Source: Sulfurimonadaceae bacterium
Lineage (GTDB): Bacteria > Campylobacterota > Campylobacteria > Campylobacterales > Sulfurimonadaceae
Length of the DNA stretch: 64,000 bases
Assembly (NCBI GenBank): GCA_050305515.1
Contig: JBNLFL010000016.1
Location: 17,496-81,495, forward strand
Direction: 5' to 3'
Part shown: piece by piece, positions 37,001 through 45,372 of the stretch
Numbering within the stretch: the stretch's first letter is position 1
Layout of the letters: each line of letters opens with the position of its first letter
Translations under genes and position numbers: made by a program
The notes under the pieces: model-generated
What the model saw: the letters and a program-made list of their open reading frames with translations, nothing else
Databases searched by the model: none
Told to the model about the DNA's origin: nothing

Positions 37001-37126
37001 TTTCCTTACATGTAAAAAGAATTAAAGGGTTATTCTATCATTTTGGGCTTAGGGCTTGAAAGAAACGTGGTTGTATTGGCATTGTAAAACGCTCTCTTTG
37101 GCGGAGAAAACGAAGGGACTCAGTGC

Positions 37127-39178
37127 TCAGCTTTCCTGAAACGGTTCGGGTTTTCCAAAGAGATACCCCTGCGCATAATCGACGCCAAGTTCCTTGATGG
37201 TGCCAAACACGGCTTCGTCGGTGACATACTCCGCAATGGTCTTGATGCCCAGGCGTCTGGCGAGCTGTACGATGGCGTCGATGATCTTCTGCTTTTCGGG
37301 GTCCGTGTCGCAGTTGCGTACGAAGATGCCGTCGATTTTCAGGTAGTCGCTTTGCAGCGAGAGAATGCGCCCGAAGTTGGAATGCTCGCTTCCGAAGTCG
37401 TCGATGGCGATGTTGCAGCCGTAGTCTTTAACCAGTGCAATGGTCTTGGTTACGACGTCGCCTTCGCTTGAGAGCGTGAGGTTTTCAAGTACTTCAAAAG
37501 TGACGTTGTGCGGGTTAATATGGAATCGTTCCGCTTTTTGCTTGATAAAGTCGACCAGATAGCCGTCCATGATGTCGCGTTCGGTTATATTGATAGAGAA
37601 TTTGGTCCCGGTTCCCGAAAACTGCGCAAACGTCTTGTTGATCATTGACTTGGTAATCGAGGTCAGCAGCCCCAGTCGGGTGGCAGAATTTAGAAAACGG
37701 GCCGGAGGAATGACTTCACCCTCTTCGATAACCCGCGCCAGTGCTTCATATTTGTAGATTTTTCGGGTCGTGACATCGACGATGGGCTGATAGTAAGGGA
37801 CGATCATGTCTTTGTAGATGAATTTTCGGGTGCGGTTGAGCCAGTCGATGCTTTCACGCTCTTCCAGGAACTCTTCGGAGTCCTTGTTGTAGATGACCTT
37901 GAAGCGTTTGCCGTAGCGTTTGGTCAGGTCGAGTGCAAACTCGGCATCGATAATGGTGTCGCGCTCATGCTGAATACTGGCGATCCCGATGCTGAAGGTG
38001 ATGGGAGTCTCTATGGTGTCGATCTCCATCTCGGTGTTGTCGAAATAGGCGAAAATCTGGCTGCAGAGGTACTCGATGTAGTCAGTTTCGAAGCGCGGTG
38101 AAAGAATCACGAAACGGTCCGCACTCAGTTTGTAGAGCTTTTCGCTGCGCTCAAGCAGCAGGCTCAGATGCTCTGCAACAACGGAGAGGAGCTTGTCTCC
38201 GAATGAAAAGCCGTGAAGTTTGTTGAAGACGTTGAAGTTGTTGATATCGAGCAGGTAGAGGCTTCCTTCGTCAAAATAAGTAATATCGCGCTGGAGTGCC
38301 AGTGCATTGGGAAGATTCGTATTAGTGTCGATGTAAAGCCGTGAGAGCAGCTCTTTGGAACGCTCCATGGCAATCGCTTCGTTTTTACGTGCAACGTCAC
38401 GAAGGTGAAGGCTTTTTGAAGTCATGGAGGTAATATCATGGCGAATCCCCATATACTCGATAATATCGCCTTTAGGGTCGAGAATGGGGATGATGGTTGA
38501 TTCAACCGTATATTTTACGCCGTCTTTGGAGAGGTTGTTGATGACCCCCTTCCATATTTGGCCGTTTTTGATGGTCTGCCACAAATCTGCAAATACCTCT
38601 TTTGGCATATCGGGATGACGGATGATGTTGTGCGCTCTACCCATCAGCTCTTCGCGTGAATATCCGCTGATCTCGACAAAGGCGTCGTTGGCATAGGTGA
38701 TATATCCGCGCGGGTCGGTTTTGGAGAAGATGACGCTGCTGTCAAAGGCTTTGAGGTACTCGTTGACGAGGTGATGGGCATCGCGGGAATCACGGCTAAG
38801 CAGCAGGTGGTGGGCTTTTTGCTGCAGCCGCAGTTCAAGCCGCTGCAAATCAATCGGTTTGGCTATGATGGTCTCAAGACCACTCTCGATCGCTTGAAAA
38901 AGCCGGGAACTCTCATCTTTTGAAGCGATCAGCACGACCGGAATTTCGGGCGTGATCTTGCGAATGGCAAGACAGGTTTCAATACCGTCAAACTCCGGCA
39001 GAGCGATGGCACTGAGTACCAGATCGGGAGTGTGCAGACGATAGGCTTCAATGGCCTGCAGACCCGTTGAGGCATGAATAAGGTGCTGGCAACGTGTCTC
39101 AAGATATGCCGTGACATCTTTGGCGCAGTAGCGGTCACTTTCAATATAAAGAACACTTAAAGAGAGCAATGGTGTCAT
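37127..39178 (-). CDS. Response-regulator receiver + PAS + degenerate GGDEF + EAL protein (likely c-di-GMP phosphodiesterase)
   Basis: REC domain (DLVLSAIALPEFDG), PAS (FSKTDPRGYITYANDAF), a GGDEF-like domain whose signature is replaced by SADRF, and an EAL domain with YQPIVD...YEALARV intact. Confidence 0.88.
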   Translation of the reverse strand: MTPLLSLSVLYIESDRYCAKDVTAYLETRCQHLIHASTGLQAIEAYRLHTPDLVLSAIALPEFDGIETCLAIRKITPEIPVVLIASKDESSRLFQAIESGLETIIAKPIDLQRLELRLQQKAHHLLLSRDSRDAHHLVNEYLKAFDSSVIFSKTDPRGYITYANDAFVEISGYSREELMGRAHNIIRHPDMPKEVFADLWQTIKNGQIWKGVINNLSKDGVKYTVESTIIPILDPKGDIIEYMGIRHDITSMTSKSLHLRDVARKNEAIAMERSKELLSRLYIDTNTNLPNALALQRDITYFDEGSLYLLDINNFNVFNKLHGFSFGDKLLSVVAEHLSLLLERSEKLYKLSADRFVILSPRFETDYIEYLCSQIFAYFDNTEMEIDTIETPITFSIGIASIQHERDTIIDAEFALDLTKRYGKRFKVIYNKDSEEFLEERESIDWLNRTRKFIYKDMIVPYYQPIVDVTTRKIYKYEALARVIEEGEVIPPARFLNSATRLGLLTSITKSMINKTFAQFSGTGTKFSINITERDIMDGYLVDFIKQKAERFHINPHNVTFEVLENLTLSSEGDVVTKTIALVKDYGCNIAIDDFGSEHSNFGRILSLQSDYLKIDGIFVRNCDTDPEKQKIIDAIVQLARRLGIKTIAEYVTDEAVFGTIKELGVDYAQGYLFGKPEPFQES

Positions 39179-39243
39179 GTTACAAGCGTCCCCTGTTAGT
39201 GGTATTTTTTACGTCTGGCGAATTAACGTAATATAATATCGTG

Positions 39244-40560
39244 TTATGCCTGAAATCTTTTTACGGCTTCTTCCGCAGCATGTTTGTGTGTAACAATCGG
39301 ATAAGGATAGCCACGGATCGAGGCACGTTTGAGGGCCGTTTCATCATGAAGTATCTTCGGTGCCACTCGCTCAAGCTCCGGGCACCATGCTTTAATGTAG
39401 CGCGCTTCCGGGTCAAACTTTTTGCTCTGAAGATAGGGGTTGAATACCCGAAACCACGGCTGGGCGTCGATGCCGGTTCCCGCACTCCACTGCCATGAAA
39501 GTATATTGCTTGCCGCATCGTAGTCATTGAGATGGCGCGCGAAAAAACGCTCACCCCACTGCCACGGCAGCAGCAGGTCTTTTGTAAAAAAAGAGGCTGC
39601 GATCATGCGGACTCTGTTGTGCATGTCACCGGTAGCGAGCAGCTGCCGGATACCCGCATCGACTATAGGAACACCGGTCCGGGCGGAGATGAAGCGTTTA
39701 AAATACGCATCATTAGCAACGCCGTTAAAACGGTAGCGGAAATTTTTCGAATCGAGCGTCGGATAGTGATAGAGCAGCTGGGCATAAAAGTCGCGGAAAA
39801 CGAGCTGCCTGAAAAAAGGTTCGGTGTCGATGCCTTCTGCTTGGCGTGTGCCCAGCCAGCGCAGAACCTGACGGATGGAAATCGAACCAAAGCGCAGGGC
39901 GACGCTCAATCTGGAGGTGCCGATAGTGTCGATACGGTCGCGCTCTGTCGCATAAGCGGCGATTCCTGAGATGAAGTCATCGAGAAGTATCTGCCCGGGG
40001 GTGAGCAGGAGTGCTTTACATGTAAAGCCCATGCTTTCAAGGCTTACGGGTTCACTCTCATAGGGAAGCTGCTTCATCGCGGCGTGAGGGTAATGCATCA
40101 TGTGCTGCGCGCTAAAAAGTGCTTTAGCCCGTTTATAATAGGGTGAAAAGAGCAGAAACGGGGTGCCATCACTCTTGAGAAGCTCCTGCGGCGTAAAGAT
40201 ATAGGTGTCGTGAATGACTTGAAAAGGGAGCAGGTGCGAAACATTCCGGTCGCGCTCCAGCGCATAGGCGTCGTAATCGCCCCCGGCAGCCACTTCGTCA
40301 AATGCGAAGTGCTGCTGCAAAGCGGCGATGATCGTCACGGGGTCGCCGTAAAAGGTGTGCAGTTCCAGCCCCAGTGACCGAAGCCGCTCTTTGAGCTGTG
40401 AGACCAGCGCGAAGATCATGCCGACACGGCGATCATCTTTTTCGAGGGGCTCGAGAATATTGGAGTCAAAAATAAAAATGGGAAGCACCGCCCCGCCGAG
40501 TGCGAGCAGGGGCTGATCTTCGACACGAAGGTCGCGCCGAAACCAGAGCAGCCGTTTCAC
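39244..40560 (-). CDS. phr: Deoxyribodipyrimidine photolyase (cryptochrome/photolyase family)
   Basis: 438 aa. N-terminal LLWFRRDLRVEDQPLL and FAD-binding C-terminal motifs (TGVPIVDAGIRQL, GDMHNRVRMIAASF, SWQWSAGTG). Confidence 0.9.
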   Translation of the reverse strand: MKRLLWFRRDLRVEDQPLLALGGAVLPIFIFDSNILEPLEKDDRRVGMIFALVSQLKERLRSLGLELHTFYGDPVTIIAALQQHFAFDEVAAGGDYDAYALERDRNVSHLLPFQVIHDTYIFTPQELLKSDGTPFLLFSPYYKRAKALFSAQHMMHYPHAAMKQLPYESEPVSLESMGFTCKALLLTPGQILLDDFISGIAAYATERDRIDTIGTSRLSVALRFGSISIRQVLRWLGTRQAEGIDTEPFFRQLVFRDFYAQLLYHYPTLDSKNFRYRFNGVANDAYFKRFISARTGVPIVDAGIRQLLATGDMHNRVRMIAASFFTKDLLLPWQWGERFFARHLNDYDAASNILSWQWSAGTGIDAQPWFRVFNPYLQSKKFDPEARYIKAWCPELERVAPKILHDETALKRASIRGYPYPIVTHKHAAEEAVKRFQA

Positions 40561-41045
40561 TTGCCGCCTTCGAGATGCGAGCGCAGTGCGAGTTCCTTGG
40601 GATAGGGGGAGAGAAAAGTCTGCTCAAGCAGGTAGGAGGTTTCATATTTTCTTGCATAAAGCAGCAGGGTGCTCACCGGTGTGATGAGCGGTACGATTTT
40701 GGCGGCATAGTCGTTGATCTGTTCATGCAGGATCGCTTTCTCACCGGGTGTGAGGTGGCGTTTAAAAAATCCCGCCATGTGCTCAAGCACGTTACGGTTG
40801 CGCTTGATGGAGCTTTTCTGGGCGATGGCCTCTTTGAAAACACACTCATATTCAGCAAGAAGCGTTTCAAAAGGGCGCTTTTCGAGATTGCCGACGATCT
40901 GTCCGAGAAGTCGGTAGCGCTGTTCGTCCTTGGCCTGAAGCATGAATTTATTGCGGGTATGAAACTGCACGAGCGCATTCATATTTGGCGCGTCGAATCG
41001 GATTTTTTCTCCCGGAAGGCAGGCTGAAACCGCAAGGCGCATCAT
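40557..41045 (-). CDS. ybgA: YbgA-family protein (DUF1722)
   Basis: 162 aa, 4-nt overlap with the photolyase start. The ybgA-phr gene order matches the known E. coli operon. The helical sequence with HMAGFFKRHLTPGEK is typical of DUF1722. Confidence 0.7.
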   Translation of the reverse strand: MMRLAVSACLPGEKIRFDAPNMNALVQFHTRNKFMLQAKDEQRYRLLGQIVGNLEKRPFETLLAEYECVFKEAIAQKSSIKRNRNVLEHMAGFFKRHLTPGEKAILHEQINDYAAKIVPLITPVSTLLLYARKYETSYLLEQTFLSPYPKELALRSHLEGGK

Positions 41046-41149
41046 CTCTCCTCAGACCGCTTGTTTAAAGCTATATCAGGCGGTTGAGAAGTATTATAAA
41101 AAAAAACGCTGCCGTTTTGTAGGTGATATATGGCGATTGATCTCGGATG

Positions 41150-42601
41150 TTATTTAAGATTGTGCGTCATGCTCTCCTGCAGCATTGTTTCCATGATCTC
41201 ATAAAGGCGCTGACTGTATGCTTCCATCTCCCTGAAATTATTGATGATCGTATCACGATGCTCGAGTACCTGGTTTTCAGGGTGGATAAAGCCGATATTG
41301 CGATTCACCAGTTGATGGATCTTGTGATGCGGTTCATCAAGACTTTTGTAAGAGGGGCAGGCATTGAACTTTTCTTTTGCATCACCGCGGTACCATTTGC
41401 CAAGATCACAGTTATCGGGATCTTCGAAATCCACACGTCGTTCGCGGCGAAAGATGGAGGAGTAGGCGTTGGATTTGTAAATGGTGTGATCGATTTTGGC
41501 CAGAATAATGAAAATACGGTTTTCAATGGCGTGGGCATAGCGTGTCGCGGTAGTGGCGTTCTCTCCGAAATTGGAAACGGTATGTGTGAAGGCATTGATG
41601 GTTTCGCTTGAACCTTCGGCAAGACGGCTCATGGTTTCCGAGTTCTCCTGCATCTCGGAAGCATCCTGTTGCAGTGTCTGAATGGAAATGGCAATGTTGC
41701 TGGTTGCTTTTTGGGTACGCTCGGCCAGTTTGCGTACTTCGTCGGCGACGACGGCGAAACCGCGTCCATGCTCTCCGGCGCGTGCCGCTTCGATAGCGGC
41801 ATTAAGGGCAAGCAGGTTGGTCTGTTCGGCAATATCCTGAATGAGATCGACGATGGAGGTGATTTCATTGGTTTTGAAACTGAGCTCTTTGGCATGTTCG
41901 GATGAGTCGTGCACACCTTCTATGAGTGAGCCCAGCTGCGCTCTGACCTGATCGAGAAGATCGCTTGAGTCATGTGCGGCATTTTGGGTTTTTGTTGAGG
42001 CCTGCACAATTTCACGTATATGTTCAAGAGAGTTTTTCAGATCGTTTTGCAGCAGGTTAAGCTCACCGATAACCCCCTGTCCGATTTTTGTGATTTCATT
42101 ATTGAGCATGGAATTTTCGATTTTTGCGGTATCGTCGCGCATCAGGGTGATGGCATCATTTGTCACGGCAATGTTTTCAAGAAGCTGTCCTGAAAAACCA
42201 TTGGTATCGATGGTATGAAAATCTTCTCCCGAACTTGCATGGGTGATGGAGACGGTAATCTGTGACACAAAGGTACGGAACTGTTGCATCAGCGCATTAA
42301 AATTAACGCGGAGTACTTCGAGCTCACCGCCGTCACGGTAGTCATCGATACGGCACTCCAGATGTCCCTCTTTTGCCCGGGCCAGTTCGCTGCTGAAGCG
42401 CCCGATAATCGTTTGAACCCGGCGAATGTTGGCAAACATGTACCATGCAAGCGCAAAATTGGCAAGATTAACGATACGCATCCAGTCAAAACCGTAAGCG
42501 TAGATTTCGACTCCGAGTGCAAGTGAAAAGATCACCAGCGAGATGATATTGGCATATTGAATTTTGGTCAGTGATGAAATGGAATGCATGTAAACCCTCA
42601 A
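41150..42601 (-). CDS. Methyl-accepting chemotaxis protein with C-terminal CZB (zinc-binding) domain
   Basis: Two N-terminal TM helices and a HAMP-like segment. Highly conserved MCP signalling hairpin ([36 protein letters not shown]). The C-terminal H..C..H pattern ([11 protein letters not shown]...CDLGKWY...HHKIH) is typical of CZB. Confidence 0.88.
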   Translation of the reverse strand: MRVYMHSISSLTKIQYANIISLVIFSLALGVEIYAYGFDWMRIVNLANFALAWYMFANIRRVQTIIGRFSSELARAKEGHLECRIDDYRDGGELEVLRVNFNALMQQFRTFVSQITVSITHASSGEDFHTIDTNGFSGQLLENIAVTNDAITLMRDDTAKIENSMLNNEITKIGQGVIGELNLLQNDLKNSLEHIREIVQASTKTQNAAHDSSDLLDQVRAQLGSLIEGVHDSSEHAKELSFKTNEITSIVDLIQDIAEQTNLLALNAAIEAARAGEHGRGFAVVADEVRKLAERTQKATSNIAISIQTLQQDASEMQENSETMSRLAEGSSETINAFTHTVSNFGENATTATRYAHAIENRIFIILAKIDHTIYKSNAYSSIFRRERRVDFEDPDNCDLGKWYRGDAKEKFNACPSYKSLDEPHHKIHQLVNRNIGFIHPENQVLEHRDTIINNFREMEAYSQRLYEIMETMLQESMTHNLK

Positions 42602-42733
42602 AAAGGCAGCTCCGGGAATTGCTTCTTTTTTTCAGAGATGCCAAAAATATAGTACAAGATTATCACAAATAGTTGTTTTTTTAATAGAAGGAATAAAAAA
42701 AAAGTGTTTTACGGCCTCTAAACGGCCATAAAA

Positions 42734-44533
42734 TTATACAGAAGTAAGCGATGCGCTTCCGGCAACGGTTTTAAGTTTTTTTGAGCGGGTCGTGAGGGTA
42801 GCATAGGTTTCCGAAGCGACGGAATCGACAAAAATCCATTCTGCCATCGCAGCCTCTTTGGTAAAAGTGACACTCATGAACCCGCGGTTATTGGCGTTGA
42901 AATATTTCAGATCGTCGATGAGTTCGGTAATGACGGTTTCAAACTGCATGGCACTCGCGGTATCGGTGAGTCCGGCATACTCTTCCATGCCCGGTGACGT
43001 GACCGACGTCGTAGCGAACTCGACGCCCACGGGAATGGTTGGCTGGTAGGTATTATCGAACATTTTGAGTTCGCTCGCCCATGCGTTGTGGGTGTCGCCT
43101 GCAAGTACGACAAGGTTTTTACCCAGTGAGGAAGCTGTCTGCAAGACGACTTCGCGGCTGTAGCCGTAACCGTCCCATGCATCAAGATTGTAAGGCACGA
43201 CAGTGTTGATGCGTGCGAGCTCTTCCGCGGTGAGTGTGGGGTCACTTGCGTTGGCCCGAAGTTTGATGGTGTAGAGCTCGGTGAGCATCGATGAGAGCTG
43301 CGAAAGGAGGACGGGCTTTGTTGTTTCATCCGCACCCTCAAGGCTGGCAATCACCAGTAGCAGCTCGGCCGGGAGCATCATGCGCGCCATAAGCACCTGC
43401 TGCCCCAGAACATCCCATGTCGTTGTGCTCTGTATCATCTGCCCCTGAAGCCATTGGGTTTGTTCGTTACCCATGATGGTGCGCTGCGGATTCATGATAG
43501 CGGCGACAAAGTTACTGCTGTCTCCCGTGGTGATGAGTTCGGGAAAATCGCCGTAGCTCAGCTGCTTGTCGCGTCCGATGACGCGGGTGTCGAGCATGTG
43601 CAGGCTCAGCAGGTCGCCGTAGGTGAAGGTGCGGTAGATCGTCTCGCTGTAGTTGGCGTCGCTTGAGGGACGGATGGGAATCCACTCAAAATAGGCCTGA
43701 AGCGCCGCCATTTTTCGTGCTTCAAAACTCCCTTCGCCTTCGTTATGGTTTTCGGCTCCGTCTTTATAGGTATCGTTGGCAACTTCGTGGTCGTCCCAGA
43801 CCGCAATCATCGGGCAGGCGGCGTGAACGGCCTGCAATCCGGTATCGGTATGGTAGATGGCGTAGCGTTTGCGGTAGTCATCAAGCGTGAAGAGTTCGGT
43901 GGCATTGTCAGATGCGAGTTCCCGTCCGTACTCTTTGGCGTGTGATGTTGCATAGTCCGGTGTTACGCCGTCGGCTTTGAACATGCCGTATTCGTAGATA
44001 TAGTCGCCCAGATGCAGCGTGGCGTCAAGGTCGGCGATTTTCGCGGCTTCGGCATAGGCATTGAAGTAGCCGTTAGGGTAGTTGGCACAGGAGAAGACGG
44101 CAAAACGCGCCTGCGATAGGACGCCTTCGGGGAGGGTTTTGGTGCGGCCCACGGGCGAAACGGTATTGCCGACTTTAAAACGGTAGTAATAGACACTCCC
44201 GCTCTGGAGATTTTGAAAATCGACTTTCAGTGTGTAATCGAACGCTTTTTTCACCGTAAAGGATTCGGCGGGACGCACGAGGTTGGAAAAAGCGGCGTCG
44301 GTAGCGACTTCGTAACTCACTTCAATGCTTTCCGCCGCAGCGTCGGGCGTGACGCGGGTCCAGAGAATGACGCTGTTCTGCAGCGGGTCACCGCTGGCAA
44401 CGCCGTGCTTGAAGCTGCCTTTTGCGCCTGACGAGCTGTCAGAACCGCACCCTCCCAGTCCGGTAGATACGGCAAATGCCCCCACCGTCAGCGCCGAAGC
44501 AATCAGAAATTCCCTGCGGGTACGAATGGCCAT
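42734..44533 (-). CDS. phoD: Alkaline phosphatase D (PhoD-family), Tat-exported
   Basis: Twin-arginine signal MAIRTRREFLIASALTVGAFAV. PhoD metallophosphatase motifs (FSCANY, HLGDYIYEY, VWDDHEVAND, LAGDTHNAWA). Confidence 0.88.
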   Translation of the reverse strand: MAIRTRREFLIASALTVGAFAVSTGLGGCGSDSSSGAKGSFKHGVASGDPLQNSVILWTRVTPDAAAESIEVSYEVATDAAFSNLVRPAESFTVKKAFDYTLKVDFQNLQSGSVYYYRFKVGNTVSPVGRTKTLPEGVLSQARFAVFSCANYPNGYFNAYAEAAKIADLDATLHLGDYIYEYGMFKADGVTPDYATSHAKEYGRELASDNATELFTLDDYRKRYAIYHTDTGLQAVHAACPMIAVWDDHEVANDTYKDGAENHNEGEGSFEARKMAALQAYFEWIPIRPSSDANYSETIYRTFTYGDLLSLHMLDTRVIGRDKQLSYGDFPELITTGDSSNFVAAIMNPQRTIMGNEQTQWLQGQMIQSTTTWDVLGQQVLMARMMLPAELLLVIASLEGADETTKPVLLSQLSSMLTELYTIKLRANASDPTLTAEELARINTVVPYNLDAWDGYGYSREVVLQTASSLGKNLVVLAGDTHNAWASELKMFDNTYQPTIPVGVEFATTSVTSPGMEEYAGLTDTASAMQFETVITELIDDLKYFNANNRGFMSVTFTKEAAMAEWIFVDSVASETYATLTTRSKKLKTVAGSASLTSV

Positions 44534-44636
44534 GCAAATCTCCTGTCTTTTTCGGGAGTTTAGCGCTGCCGTATTGCAGGGACGTTACATGTAAAGCACG
44601 GAATGAATACGGGAGCGCGTTGGCGCTCCAAATGAG

Positions 44637-45311
44637 TTAATGGGGAAAGAGAACGGAACCAAGACGTACCATGGTGGCGCCGCAGCGAATGGCGAGTTCG
44701 TAGTCGCCGCTCATGCCCATGGAGCAGATGGTGGCACCCGGAAGCGTTTCAAAAATGCGGTGCGTGGTCTCGAAGCTTTTTTGAATGACTGCAGTGTCGT
44801 CCACGTGCGCGCCGATGCTCATGACCCCTTTGAGGTTCAGGTTGGGACAGCTCTGCTCAATCTGCGCGTAGATGTCGGCAGCCGCTTCGGGCATAACGCC
44901 GCTTTTACTCGCCTCTTTGGCGCTGTTGATCTGCAACAATACGTCTAGCGTTCTGTTCTCACGCCCCAGACGGCTCTGTAGCGCCTCGGCCAGATCTAGA
45001 GAGTCGAGCGACTGCATCAAAAAGGGGTCAAGGTCGAGCAGGTTGTTGATTTTGTTTTTCTGCAGGGAGCCGATGAAGTGCCACTCCAGCGGCAGGTCGT
45101 CAAGAATTTCGCTTTTGGCTTTCAGGTCCTGTACCCGGTTTTCTCCAAATGCCCGCTGGCCGATTTCATAGAGGGCACGCACGGCATCGGCATCGGAGTA
45201 TTTGCTGACGGCAATGATTTTGACAATATGGTGTCCGCTTACATGTAAGCGTGCCTTTTCGATTTTTTCAATGACGGTGTCGATGTGCTGTTTGTATGCA
45301 ACGGTATCCAT
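44637..45311 (-). CDS. yggS: YggS-family pyridoxal-phosphate homeostasis protein
   Basis: 224 aa. VKIIAVSKY (PLP-binding Lys), FGENRVQ, WHFIGSLQKNK, SMGMSGDYELAI and VRLGSVLF match the YggS/PROSC family. Confidence 0.9.
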   Translation of the reverse strand: MDTVAYKQHIDTVIEKIEKARLHVSGHHIVKIIAVSKYSDADAVRALYEIGQRAFGENRVQDLKAKSEILDDLPLEWHFIGSLQKNKINNLLDLDPFLMQSLDSLDLAEALQSRLGRENRTLDVLLQINSAKEASKSGVMPEAAADIYAQIEQSCPNLNLKGVMSIGAHVDDTAVIQKSFETTHRIFETLPGATICSMGMSGDYELAIRCGATMVRLGSVLFPH

Positions 45312-45372
45312 ATAGCTCCTTCAAAGGGTTGCGTAATTGTAACTCATTACGCCCTTTTTGCCAACGCCGATA

